A stretch of 64,000 bases of DNA. Source: an uncultured Bacilli bacterium (GTDB lineage: Bacteria > Bacillota_I > Bacilli_A > RF39 > UBA660). A program made the position numbers and the translations under genes. Shown in pieces: positions 39,289 through 48,316 of the stretch (positions within the stretch are counted from its first letter, which is position 1; every line of letters begins with the position of its first letter). Location of the stretch: assembly GCA_944358675.1 (NCBI GenBank), contig CALVRN010000005.1:232-64231 (forward strand). Reading direction: 5' to 3'. The notes beneath the pieces were generated by a model. It was not told the DNA's origin. It ran no database searches and saw only the letters and a program-made list of their open reading frames with translations.

Positions 39289-40485
39289 TTATGGTAAGTT
39301 TAAAACTTGACCAATCATTAAAGTATTACTAGTTAAACCATTTAAATTTTTTAGTTCATTAACTGTTATCCCATATCTATTTGCAATACTCCATAAACTG
39401 TCTCCACTTTTAACTGTATATGTATTAAAGCCATTTGGAACCTTTAAAACCTGACCTATACTCAAATTATCACTCGTTAAACCATTTAAGTTTTTAAGTT
39501 CACTTACTGTAATTCCATATTTATTAGCAATATTCCACAAACTATCTCCAGCTTTTACTGTATAAGTATTAGAGTTATTTGAACTAGATGAATTACTTAT
39601 TTTTAAAACCTGACCTATACTCAAATTATCACTTGTTAATCCATTTAAATTTTTAAGTTCAGCTACTGTTAACCCATATTGATTAGCTATTTTCCATAAA
39701 CTATCTCCAGATTTTACTGTATAAGTTCCACTACTAGAACCACCAGGTACTTCTAAAATCTGTCCAACACTTAAATTATTACTAGTTAAACCATTTAAAC
39801 TCTTAAGTTCATCAACTGTAATTCCATATTTATTGGCTATCTTCCATAAACTATCTCCACTTTGTACTACATAATAATTACCACTTTCAGGTAAAGATGG
39901 AATTGTCTCTCCCTCATAAGTCGCAATTACCGCATCGACAACCGCATCAACATATTCTTTATAGTTATTTTGTATTTTAGCTAAATCCTCTGGATTATCA
40001 ATAAAACCATATTCAACTATAACCGGATGAGTATTACTTCCAGTATTTCTATGCATAAAATAATAGTCTTTAGATGTATCACTTGGAAGTCTTCTTTGAT
40101 AAAACTTTCTCATCTTTTGTCCTGCATTACCCAAAGCTGTTAAAATATTAGAAGCAAGTGTACTATTATCTCTTAAAGCATATATAACCTCTGCCCCTTC
40201 AGCCCCCTGTATTCCAGAGCCAGCTGCATTAATATGATTCGAAATTACAACTACATTAGGATTATCCCCATATGCCGCAAGCACTCTATTTACTCTATCT
40301 GTTGGTGAAATAGTCTCATCAGTACTTCTAATTAAAGTAACTGGAACTCCTCTTTTTTGAAATTCTTCATACATATACTGAGCTATCATTAAAGTTAAAT
40401 CTTTTTCTTGTACTCCAGAACTACTAACAGCCCCAGGATCAGTTCCTCCGTGTCCAGCATCTACAACTACTTGTAAATTATTCAC
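39289..40485 (-). CDS. N-acetylmuramoyl-L-alanine amidase (Amidase_3) with four C-terminal LysM repeats
   Basis: VVVDAGHGGTDPGA and NHINA. Four copies of YTVKSGDSLWKIANxYGxTVxELKxLNGL. GTG start at 40485 with SD AGAGGTGG. Confidence 0.9.
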   Translation of the reverse strand: MNNLQVVVDAGHGGTDPGAVSSSGVQEKDLTLMIAQYMYEEFQKRGVPVTLIRSTDETISPTDRVNRVLAAYGDNPNVVVISNHINAAGSGIQGAEGAEVIYALRDNSTLASNILTALGNAGQKMRKFYQRRLPSDTSKDYYFMHRNTGSNTHPVIVEYGFIDNPEDLAKIQNNYKEYVDAVVDAVIATYEGETIPSLPESGNYYVVQSGDSLWKIANKYGITVDELKSLNGLTSNNLSVGQILEVPGGSSSGTYTVKSGDSLWKIANQYGLTVAELKNLNGLTSDNLSIGQVLKISNSSSSNNSNTYTVKAGDSLWNIANKYGITVSELKNLNGLTSDNLSIGQVLKVPNGFNTYTVKSGDSLWSIANRYGITVNELKNLNGLTSNTLMIGQVLNLP

Positions 40486-40541
40486 ATAACCACCTCTACA
40501 TTAAAATATGTAAAAGTGCCTATAAAGTTACAAAAAAAGAT
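40444..40541. repeat. Direct repeat DR1: amidase codons 1-14 plus 56 bp upstream (intact copy)
   Basis: A 98-bp segment repeated at 50120-50217 (same length, about 85% identical by eye) and partly at 55510-55551. Confidence 0.8.
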
Positions 40542-40596
40542 GTATAAACACCTTTTTAATCATTTTTTCAAATTAGCACTATTTAAAAATTAATTA

Positions 40597-42243
40597 CTAT
40601 TTATGCTTAAAATGTGAAACTTCAGAATTATTCTTGTTTTTATCATCTATTCTTCCATACAATAATGATAAATTATTCACTTGCATATCTCCAGAAATTT
40701 TTTCTTCTTTCCACTTAAATTCTGATAAATCAAGCATTTCTTTAATTTTTTTAGAAGCATCAGGTAAAATTGGGGCAATCAAATTAGCAATATTAGCCAT
40801 CATATAAACACATGTATAAGTGGTATTATTAAAAGCCTTTATATCCTCTTTTACTTGATTCCATGGTTGTTGGCTATCATAATACTTATTACCTAAACTA
40901 ATATAATCTAATATAGAAATAACAGCCTTTCTAAATTCTCCAGCCTCAATATGACTTCCAACCAATTTATAAATTTTAGAAGTAGTATTAGCAATATTAG
41001 AATCTATAATTCCTTCTGTAATCTTACCATCAAATTTTTTACAAATAAATGATAAATTTCTATTTACAAAATTACCTAACATTCCGACCAAAAATTTATT
41101 ATGGCATTGTACAATTTCCTCATAAGAACAATTAATATCGTCTGCCTCGGGACCATTAAATGCGAAATAAAATCTAATCGTATCTTTATCAAAATATTCT
41201 AGGAGTTCATTAGCTGTAATCAAATTCCCTTTACTTTTACTCATTTTTTCATTATTTAAATTAACATAGGCACTAGAAACAATATAATCAGGTAATCTAT
41301 ATCCTTTGTTTAATCCTGTCAAAAGAGCCGGAAAAATTGTAGTATGAAATGGAATATTATCTTTTCCGTGAACATAATAAGTAATTAAATTTTTATTAGA
41401 ATCTGATAAGAATTCATCAAAATTAATATTTCTTTCATTCGCAACTTGGGTGCCAGCAGAAAGATATCCAAGTACAGCTTCTATCCAAACATAAATTCTT
41501 TTATCATCATATCCTTTTACAGGTACTTCGATTCCCCAATTCAATTGTCTTGTTGCAGCTCTATCAATTAATCCAAGATTAAGAAACTTTTGTGCTTCAC
41601 CTACAGCATTTTTTCTCCAGTGTTCTTTATTGTTACTAATCAATTCTTGCAACACTGGTGTAAATTTAGACAATGCAAAATACAAATGATTATTGTTTTT
41701 AGTAATACATTTAGTACCACAAGTTTTACAATGTTTATCAAGTACTTCAGAACTATCTAATGAAGCATTGCAAACTTCACATTGGTCACCAGTACTTTTA
41801 CCACCACATATCGGACAAGTTCCGACAATCTCTCTATCCGATAAAAATGTTCCACATGTTTCACAGTAATCTTGAGGTACTTCTTTTGCATAAATATAAC
41901 CATTTTCAATTAATCTTTTAAAATTATCTTGAACATATGATTGATGAAAATCATCCATTGTATTTGAATACAAATCATACTCAAACCCTAAATTATCAAA
42001 AGTCTTTTTAAATTCTTGATGATAATATGCAGCAATTTCCTGGGGCGAAACACCTTCTTTCTTAGCCCTTTCAGTTATAGGTGTACCATGACAATCAGAA
42101 CCAGATACATAAATTACATTATCTCCGTTACCTCTAAAATATTTTGCTAAAATATCCCCTGGTAATAATGCAGCCAAATGACCAACATGTAAAAAATAAT
42201 TAGAATATGGCCATGCTCCTCCAATAAAAATATCTCTTTTCAT
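40597..42243 (-). CDS. metG: Methionine--tRNA ligase, two-knuckle type, no C-terminal tRNA-binding domain
   Basis: HVGHLAA (HIGH), KMSKSKGN, and four CxxC pairs in the connective peptide (CETC, CPIC, CEVC, CKTC). 548 aa. Confidence 0.93.
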   Translation of the reverse strand: MKRDIFIGGAWPYSNYFLHVGHLAALLPGDILAKYFRGNGDNVIYVSGSDCHGTPITERAKKEGVSPQEIAAYYHQEFKKTFDNLGFEYDLYSNTMDDFHQSYVQDNFKRLIENGYIYAKEVPQDYCETCGTFLSDREIVGTCPICGGKSTGDQCEVCNASLDSSEVLDKHCKTCGTKCITKNNNHLYFALSKFTPVLQELISNNKEHWRKNAVGEAQKFLNLGLIDRAATRQLNWGIEVPVKGYDDKRIYVWIEAVLGYLSAGTQVANERNINFDEFLSDSNKNLITYYVHGKDNIPFHTTIFPALLTGLNKGYRLPDYIVSSAYVNLNNEKMSKSKGNLITANELLEYFDKDTIRFYFAFNGPEADDINCSYEEIVQCHNKFLVGMLGNFVNRNLSFICKKFDGKITEGIIDSNIANTTSKIYKLVGSHIEAGEFRKAVISILDYISLGNKYYDSQQPWNQVKEDIKAFNNTTYTCVYMMANIANLIAPILPDASKKIKEMLDLSEFKWKEEKISGDMQVNNLSLLYGRIDDKNKNNSEVSHFKHK

Positions 42244-42269
42244 TAAGAATCCTCCCTTTTGATTTAAGT

Positions 42270-42298
42270 ATTATAGCATAAATGCTATATATATGCAA
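42270..42298 (-). promoter_or_regulatory. Candidate metG promoter TTGCAT-17-TATAAT with an 18-bp perfect palindrome in the spacer
   Basis: Minus strand TTGCATatatatagcatttatgcTATAAT. The palindrome tatagcat-aa-atgctata is at 42272-42289. Confidence 0.4.
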
Positions 42299-42332
42299 AC
42301 TTATATATATTATATACCATTTACACTTTTTA

Positions 42333-42977
42333 TTAATAAAAATATTTTTCTAAATATTCTTGTATTTTATTTTTTAAGTATATTTCTTTATTAATATTAT
42401 TTTTTTTATATCCCAAATAATATTCTCCTTCAGCTCCACTATATTGATTCCTATACATTAAATAAAGTATATTTTCAACAGTTAATTCTTTCAAATTATT
42501 AAAACCTATAATCGACTCTAAAATAATTTTCCACGCTAATTCTTCAAATTCTTTTATTTGATTTATATTTTTTCCTATCACTAAGTGATCTGTAGTTAAT
42601 ATATTTAATAATAATCTAACCTTCATTTCTTTTGAAGATAAAAACTCATTATCCTTTTTTATATCTGAAATAAAATATTTACCATTTTTTTTAAAAGGAT
42701 TTGATGATAATATTTTTTTTACTTCAAAAATTGTATATATTAATTTGTTTTCATAAGGAACTTCCTCATCTAATTTTAGTCCATTTTCTTCATGATAACG
42801 TATTGTTTGTAAAATAATATCTTTTTTTTCCTTCTCACTAATATTATTGACAAGTATACAAACATCCAAATCACTTGAATTAGAATCATAAATATTTGAA
42901 CCATAAAAAATCATAGTAGGACATAAATAAGCATAATTATTTAATATATATTCATAATAACTTTGACATAATTTCAT
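42333..42977 (-). CDS. Pol-beta superfamily nucleotidyltransferase with helical C-terminal domain
   Basis: FYGSNIYDSNSSDLDVCILV fits G[SG]-x(n)-D-x-D. The size and architecture resemble ANT/KNTase-like enzymes. Confidence 0.6.
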   Translation of the reverse strand: MKLCQSYYEYILNNYAYLCPTMIFYGSNIYDSNSSDLDVCILVNNISEKEKKDIILQTIRYHEENGLKLDEEVPYENKLIYTIFEVKKILSSNPFKKNGKYFISDIKKDNEFLSSKEMKVRLLLNILTTDHLVIGKNINQIKEFEELAWKIILESIIGFNNLKELTVENILYLMYRNQYSGAEGEYYLGYKKNNINKEIYLKNKIQEYLEKYFY

Positions 42978-42978
42978 T

Positions 42979-44484
42979 TTATTTATTTTCTCCTTTTATT
43001 TTTGTTGCCACTTCGATTATGTGTGTTAGCATATTATTTATATCTTTATAAGAAATATTATCATTTCCAGACATATATCTTAATACAACTATTGTCTCAT
43101 CTTCTTTTATAGCCCCCATATTATCGATGATAGGAAATCTGTGTAAATAATACTTACCTTCTTTTAATAAGTAATCATAAATTTGTGAGTTCAACGCATT
43201 AATATCATTTATATTCATTTTTGATAATTCATTTTTATTATCTACATACACAAATACAACTGAATTAATATTAACCTCATTCATTAAAATAAAATGATCA
43301 CTTTTCAATATTTGTTTTTTCAAATATTGAGCCATATCACAACGTCTTTCAATCAGTTTTCCTATGTTTTTTATTCCAAGGTTTTGCATCATAAACCATG
43401 TTTTTAAGGAAACCCAGCTTTTTGAACCTATAAAAGGTGTAATTTGACCAAAGGCAAAGTCTTCTTGCATTATCAAATCAGAAGTTGAAGTTACTAATTT
43501 AAATTTTTCTGGATCTTTAATTAATAAAGCACTCATACAATATGGAATTGCAAGTACTTTATGTGGATCTGTAGAAATACTATCGAATAATTCAATACCT
43601 TCAATTTTCTTTTTTAATTTTTCTGAAAAAGCTAAAGAGAAACCATGACATGCATCTACATGTAACCATATATTATTATCTACAGATTTCACGACTTGAT
43701 AAACAGCTTTTAAATTTTCTATTGTCATAGTACGACTATCACCAACATATGAAACAACGCACATAATTTTTCCCTTATTTTTTAATAAAGTTTCTCTTAA
43801 AGCGCTAATATCATACCTATAATTTGCTGTTTCAACTTCTATAATATTATCACCACAACCTATCCACATTAAAGCGCTTCTAATACTATAATGACCAATT
43901 CCTTTGGGTATTATAACTTTATAATTTTCTGGATTTTTAACACCATTAATCATGGTATCTTTTTTAAAATTTTCTCTAGCTAATAATAAGGCAATCGAAT
44001 TACTACCAGTCCCACCGTACGTAATTACACCTCCGACATCCCATATATTATTAATTTTTTTTATTTTATAGCCTAAGATTTCACGAAACCATTTAATAAC
44101 AGCTATTTCCATATAAGTTGCAATTGGTGCGCAAAAAGATGAATTTATTAAATTTTGCTGTAAAAAATCCGACATTATCGCCCCACTAATACCAGCTACT
44201 GAATTTCCAGCATCTGGAAAGCCCATAAAGTTTTCATTACTAAAATTAGTACAATATGGCAAAATTTCTTCGCTAAAATATTTTAGTAAATCGTTTAATT
44301 CAATACCATCTAATGGTATTTTTAACAATTGATTGATTTGCTGCTTTTTTGATTGTTTTTCTTTAACATCATTATTTAATTTAAACTTAAAACCTAATTC
44401 TAACGTTTTTTCAAAACATTTATAAGCGTATTCTTCATTTTCTTTATTTAGAATTTCTTTCACCGCTATAACTTCCCTTCCCAA
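42979..44484 (-). CDS. Group II pyridoxal-phosphate-dependent decarboxylase
   Basis: YGGTGSNSIALLLAR, HVDACHGF and the PLP lysine in STDPHKVL. The start may be the GTG at 44463 rather than the TTG at 44484. Confidence 0.85.
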   Translation of the reverse strand: MGREVIAVKEILNKENEEYAYKCFEKTLELGFKFKLNNDVKEKQSKKQQINQLLKIPLDGIELNDLLKYFSEEILPYCTNFSNENFMGFPDAGNSVAGISGAIMSDFLQQNLINSSFCAPIATYMEIAVIKWFREILGYKIKKINNIWDVGGVITYGGTGSNSIALLLARENFKKDTMINGVKNPENYKVIIPKGIGHYSIRSALMWIGCGDNIIEVETANYRYDISALRETLLKNKGKIMCVVSYVGDSRTMTIENLKAVYQVVKSVDNNIWLHVDACHGFSLAFSEKLKKKIEGIELFDSISTDPHKVLAIPYCMSALLIKDPEKFKLVTSTSDLIMQEDFAFGQITPFIGSKSWVSLKTWFMMQNLGIKNIGKLIERRCDMAQYLKKQILKSDHFILMNEVNINSVVFVYVDNKNELSKMNINDINALNSQIYDYLLKEGKYYLHRFPIIDNMGAIKEDETIVVLRYMSGNDNISYKDINNMLTHIIEVATKIKGENK

Positions 44485-45462
44485 TTACTTTAAAATTATC
44501 ATTTTATTACCATTTATTTTTATATGCCATTTTTCAAATAAATCCAAATTTATAAAATCAGATAAATTACTAATCATATTGTAATAATATTTTTCTAAAA
44601 TTTTTCTGGATTCATCACTCATTCTTTCAACATTTAAATTCTTTTTTGAAAATAAAACAGGAATTTTCCAAGTTAAAAAATTTAAAAATTTACACATATT
44701 ATCTGAAATAAACGGAATTTTTTCTATTAAGATTGGTCGATAGATTTTGGAAAACCATATCTTGTTTGCCTTTATTGTAAAAAGATTTCTAGGCAATCTA
44801 TTACCATCATTAGAATGTAAATTATAATTTATAAACTCTTCAGATTTAACATTGATAAAATCAAAAATTTTTAAACACTCTTTTTTAGGGTTTTTAATAA
44901 AATCTTCAAAAAATATTATTTTAATATTATCTTTACCAAAAGTTTCAGTATAGTCCTTAATTTTATCATAATAATTTCCACTTTCACAAAAAAATGTAGA
45001 AGAAGATTCTTTTAAAATGGGATAATTGTTTTCAAATATAAAATTATTTTTAATCCATTTATCAAATAATTGTTTTGTAGAGTTTCCCAAATTATCACTA
45101 AGATTTGAGAAGCAAGTTCCATCAAGCAAATTCATTTTAAAATCAGAATATAAACGATCAATTGGATTTCTAATTAGAAAAATAATTTTTACATTATTAC
45201 CATAGTCTGCTTTTATTTGTGATGCGGAAACATTTCTTCCCAAAATAGGATTAATTTCCATTATAACTTTTTTATTATTTCTTTTCGAATAATATCTATT
45301 TTCATACCATTCAAAACCTTTTTTTTCAACAAGTTCTTTCATACCATAATAAATTGGCTCTTTTATACCAGATAAATATATATCTGGATGCTGTTTCATA
45401 ATATCATATAATGTTGTAGTACCACATTTAGCAAAACCGACACATAATATATTTGGCTTCAT
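44485..45462 (-). CDS. PAPS-dependent sulfotransferase family protein
   Basis: 5-prime PSB loop VGFAKCGTTTL and 3-prime PB motif LIRNPIDRLYSDF. A very strong SD (GGGGGGAGGA) supports the ATG at 45462 rather than the track start at 45546. Confidence 0.8.
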   Translation of the reverse strand: MKPNILCVGFAKCGTTTLYDIMKQHPDIYLSGIKEPIYYGMKELVEKKGFEWYENRYYSKRNNKKVIMEINPILGRNVSASQIKADYGNNVKIIFLIRNPIDRLYSDFKMNLLDGTCFSNLSDNLGNSTKQLFDKWIKNNFIFENNYPILKESSSTFFCESGNYYDKIKDYTETFGKDNIKIIFFEDFIKNPKKECLKIFDFINVKSEEFINYNLHSNDGNRLPRNLFTIKANKIWFSKIYRPILIEKIPFISDNMCKFLNFLTWKIPVLFSKKNLNVERMSDESRKILEKYYYNMISNLSDFINLDLFEKWHIKINGNKMIILK

Positions 45463-45545
45463 ATCCTCCCCCCCTTTCGTAACAATTAAAATAATATTAT
45501 AAAGTTTTATTAACATTGTACTAATTATAACATATAAAATTGACA

Positions 45546-47363
45546 TTACAGTTTTATTTTTTCTTTTATTTTCTCAAATATTTTTTTTGCGCATTCTTGA
45601 TAATCGTTATTATTTAAAATCAAATCAGGGTTTAAAGGCTCCTCAAATACTGAATTAATTCCCGTAAAATCCCTAATAATATTCTTGCGAGCTTTTTTAT
45701 ACAAACCTTTTTTATCTCTTTTTTCACACTCTTCTAATGGCGTATTTAAATATATTAAGAAAAATTTATCACCAATTATTTTCTTGGCCATTTTTCTATT
45801 TATTTCTAATGGACTAATAAAAGCAGTTATACAAATTAAACCAGCTTCATTCATTAATTTAGCCACTTCAGCAATTCTTCTAATATTCTCTATTCTATCA
45901 TCATCAGAAAAAGACAAATCTCTATTTAAACCTAATCTAATATTGTCACCATCTAATAACATAGTATGAAACCCATTTAGATTTAATATTTTATCAAGTT
46001 CATTGGCAATTGTACTCTTTCCAGAACAAGATAAACCTGTAAACCAAACTGTAATAGGATTTTGACATAATGTTTTTTTTCTCTCTTCTGAAGAAATACT
46101 AATACTTTGATAAAATAAATTTTTATTTTCTAATATTTTATTTACTGTCGCACATGAACTAGTAACATGCGTTAAACGATTAATTAATATTAATGATCCT
46201 AATGATTTATTATGTTTGAACTCAGAAACTGCTATTTTTTCTAACACTTCTAAATCACAATTAATTATTTCGTTTTTACATACCTTTTCAAAATCAATTA
46301 TTTTCTCCTCAGTATCTATATCAATTTTATAATTTACTTTTCTAATATAACACAATGTACTAACAGTACCTAAGTTAATATAATAAGCACTATCTATTTT
46401 TAATTTTTCCTCATCCATCCAAAGCATTGTAACATTAAAACTGTTAGTAACATAAACATTATTATCATTTGTTAAAACGCAGCCCCTAGAAATATCAATT
46501 TCTTTATCTAAAGTTAATGTAACAGCCTCTCCATAATGGACTTTTGTAACTTCTTTATCTAAATTATACAATCTTTCAACATGAGCCGATTCTTCACTCG
46601 GTAGACAAGTAATTATGTCACCAACTTCTATACTTCCTGAAGTCACATTACCTTGAAAACCTCTGAAAAACTGATTAGGTCTACATACTCGTTGAATAGG
46701 AATAATAAATTTTTCTCCTATTTTTTTATTTACTTGAATATCTTCCAAATATTGCATAAGAGAAGTGCCATTGTACCATTTCATATTATTAGATTTAATA
46801 GTAATATTATCACCAATAGTAGCACTTATCGGAATAATGTTTAATGATGAATACTGATAATTTTCAAATAAATTTTGTATTTTCTTTTTTATATTATCAA
46901 ATATTCTTTTATCATAATCAACTAAATCCATTTTATTGACAACAACTATATAATCTTTTATTCCCATCATCATACAAATCTTGAAATGTCGTTTTGTTTG
47001 AATTTGTACTCCTTTTGTTATATCTATTAATAAAATTGCTAAATCTGCCTTGCTTGCACCTACTGCCATATTTCTTGTATATTCTTCGTGTCCTGGACAA
47101 TCAAGAACAATAAAATTTCTCTTTTTGGTATTAAAATATCTATAAGATACATCAATAGTAATACCTTGTTCTCTTTCTTCATCAAGACCATCTAGCAATA
47201 AAGCATAATCAATTTTTTTCCCATCTTTAATTTTACTATCTAATTCAAGTGTTTTTTCTTGATCTATATATAGCAATTTTGAATCATATAATAAATGTCC
47301 AATTAAAGTGCTTTTACCATCATCCACACTACCACAAGTTAAAATCTTTAACTGATCAATCAT
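45546..47363 (-). CDS. cysNC: Bifunctional sulfate adenylyltransferase subunit 1 / adenylyl-sulfate kinase (CysN-CysC fusion)
   Basis: GTPase G1 GSVDDGKST, G3 DCPGHEEY and G4 NKMD. The C-terminal APS kinase has the P-loop GLSCSGKST. Confidence 0.92.
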   Translation of the reverse strand: MIDQLKILTCGSVDDGKSTLIGHLLYDSKLLYIDQEKTLELDSKIKDGKKIDYALLLDGLDEEREQGITIDVSYRYFNTKKRNFIVLDCPGHEEYTRNMAVGASKADLAILLIDITKGVQIQTKRHFKICMMMGIKDYIVVVNKMDLVDYDKRIFDNIKKKIQNLFENYQYSSLNIIPISATIGDNITIKSNNMKWYNGTSLMQYLEDIQVNKKIGEKFIIPIQRVCRPNQFFRGFQGNVTSGSIEVGDIITCLPSEESAHVERLYNLDKEVTKVHYGEAVTLTLDKEIDISRGCVLTNDNNVYVTNSFNVTMLWMDEEKLKIDSAYYINLGTVSTLCYIRKVNYKIDIDTEEKIIDFEKVCKNEIINCDLEVLEKIAVSEFKHNKSLGSLILINRLTHVTSSCATVNKILENKNLFYQSISISSEERKKTLCQNPITVWFTGLSCSGKSTIANELDKILNLNGFHTMLLDGDNIRLGLNRDLSFSDDDRIENIRRIAEVAKLMNEAGLICITAFISPLEINRKMAKKIIGDKFFLIYLNTPLEECEKRDKKGLYKKARKNIIRDFTGINSVFEEPLNPDLILNNNDYQECAKKIFEKIKEKIKL

Positions 47364-48256
47364 TAAAAATATCCCTCCTTTTTTCTTTTTTCCATATTTG
47401 TATTATTCTCATGATCTATAACTCTACTAGTTCTTTCACTTGTTGTAGCAGATAAAGTTTCTTCAACAATTTTATCCAATGTGTCCGCATCTGAAATGCA
47501 TCCTCCAGTTAATGGATAACATCCCAAAGTTCTAAAACGTATCTTTTTTCTTGTAATTTTAGATTTATCAATATACTTTAATATTCTGTTATCATCAATC
47601 ATAATTAAGTTACCATTCACTTCAACAACATCACGTTCTTTTGAAAAATACAAAGAAACTACTTCAATTTTTTCACGTTTAATATATTCCCATATATCTT
47701 TTTCCGTCCAATTAGACAATGGAAAAACTCTAATTGATTCACCATCAAATAGCTTTGTATTATACAAATGCCATAATTCAGGGCGTTGATTTTTTGGATT
47801 CCAATTATGTGTTTTATTACGAAAGGAGAAGATTCTTTCCTTAGCCCGAGATTTCTCCTCATCGCGCCTTCCACCACCAAATGCAGCAGTAAAGCCATAT
47901 TTATCAAGTGCCTGTTTCAATGCTTCTGTTTTCATTATATCAGTATATACTGAACCATGTTCAAATGGATTAATATTATCTCGTACACCACTTTCATTAG
48001 TATACACTAGTAAATCAATACCATTTTTTTTTGCTTGCTCATCTCTAAATTTAATCATTTCATGAAATTTCCATGTCGTATCAATATGCAAAAATGGAAA
48101 TGGCGGCTTTTCTGGATAAAAAGCTTTAAGCGCAAGATGCATCATAACAGAAGAATCTTTTCCAATTGAATAAAGCATTACTGGTTTCTTACAAGTAGCT
48201 GCTACTTCTCTAATAATATATATTGCTTCAGCCTCTAATCTATCTAAATTATTCAT
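47363..48256 (-). CDS. cysD: Sulfate adenylyltransferase subunit 2
   Basis: [17 protein letters not shown], the PP-loop SIGKDSSV and C-terminal RVIDHE...KKEGYF. SD AAGGAG supports the ATG at 48256. TAATG overlap with cysNC. Confidence 0.95.
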   Translation of the reverse strand: MNNLDRLEAEAIYIIREVAATCKKPVMLYSIGKDSSVMMHLALKAFYPEKPPFPFLHIDTTWKFHEMIKFRDEQAKKNGIDLLVYTNESGVRDNINPFEHGSVYTDIMKTEALKQALDKYGFTAAFGGGRRDEEKSRAKERIFSFRNKTHNWNPKNQRPELWHLYNTKLFDGESIRVFPLSNWTEKDIWEYIKREKIEVVSLYFSKERDVVEVNGNLIMIDDNRILKYIDKSKITRKKIRFRTLGCYPLTGGCISDADTLDKIVEETLSATTSERTSRVIDHENNTNMEKRKKEGYF

Positions 48257-48316
48257 GTTTCTCAACTCCTTAATATTCAATTAAAACATAACAATCATAT
48301 TTTTAACATTAAATAT

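Noticed and set aside
39289-39900. Roughly 150-170 nt tandem DNA repeats
   Set aside because: These are the four LysM modules of the amidase coding sequence, not a non-coding repeat array.
42244-42332. Possible T-box or S-box leader upstream of metG
   Set aside because: Only 89 nt are available, which is too short. The region contains just a promoter-like element and one palindrome.
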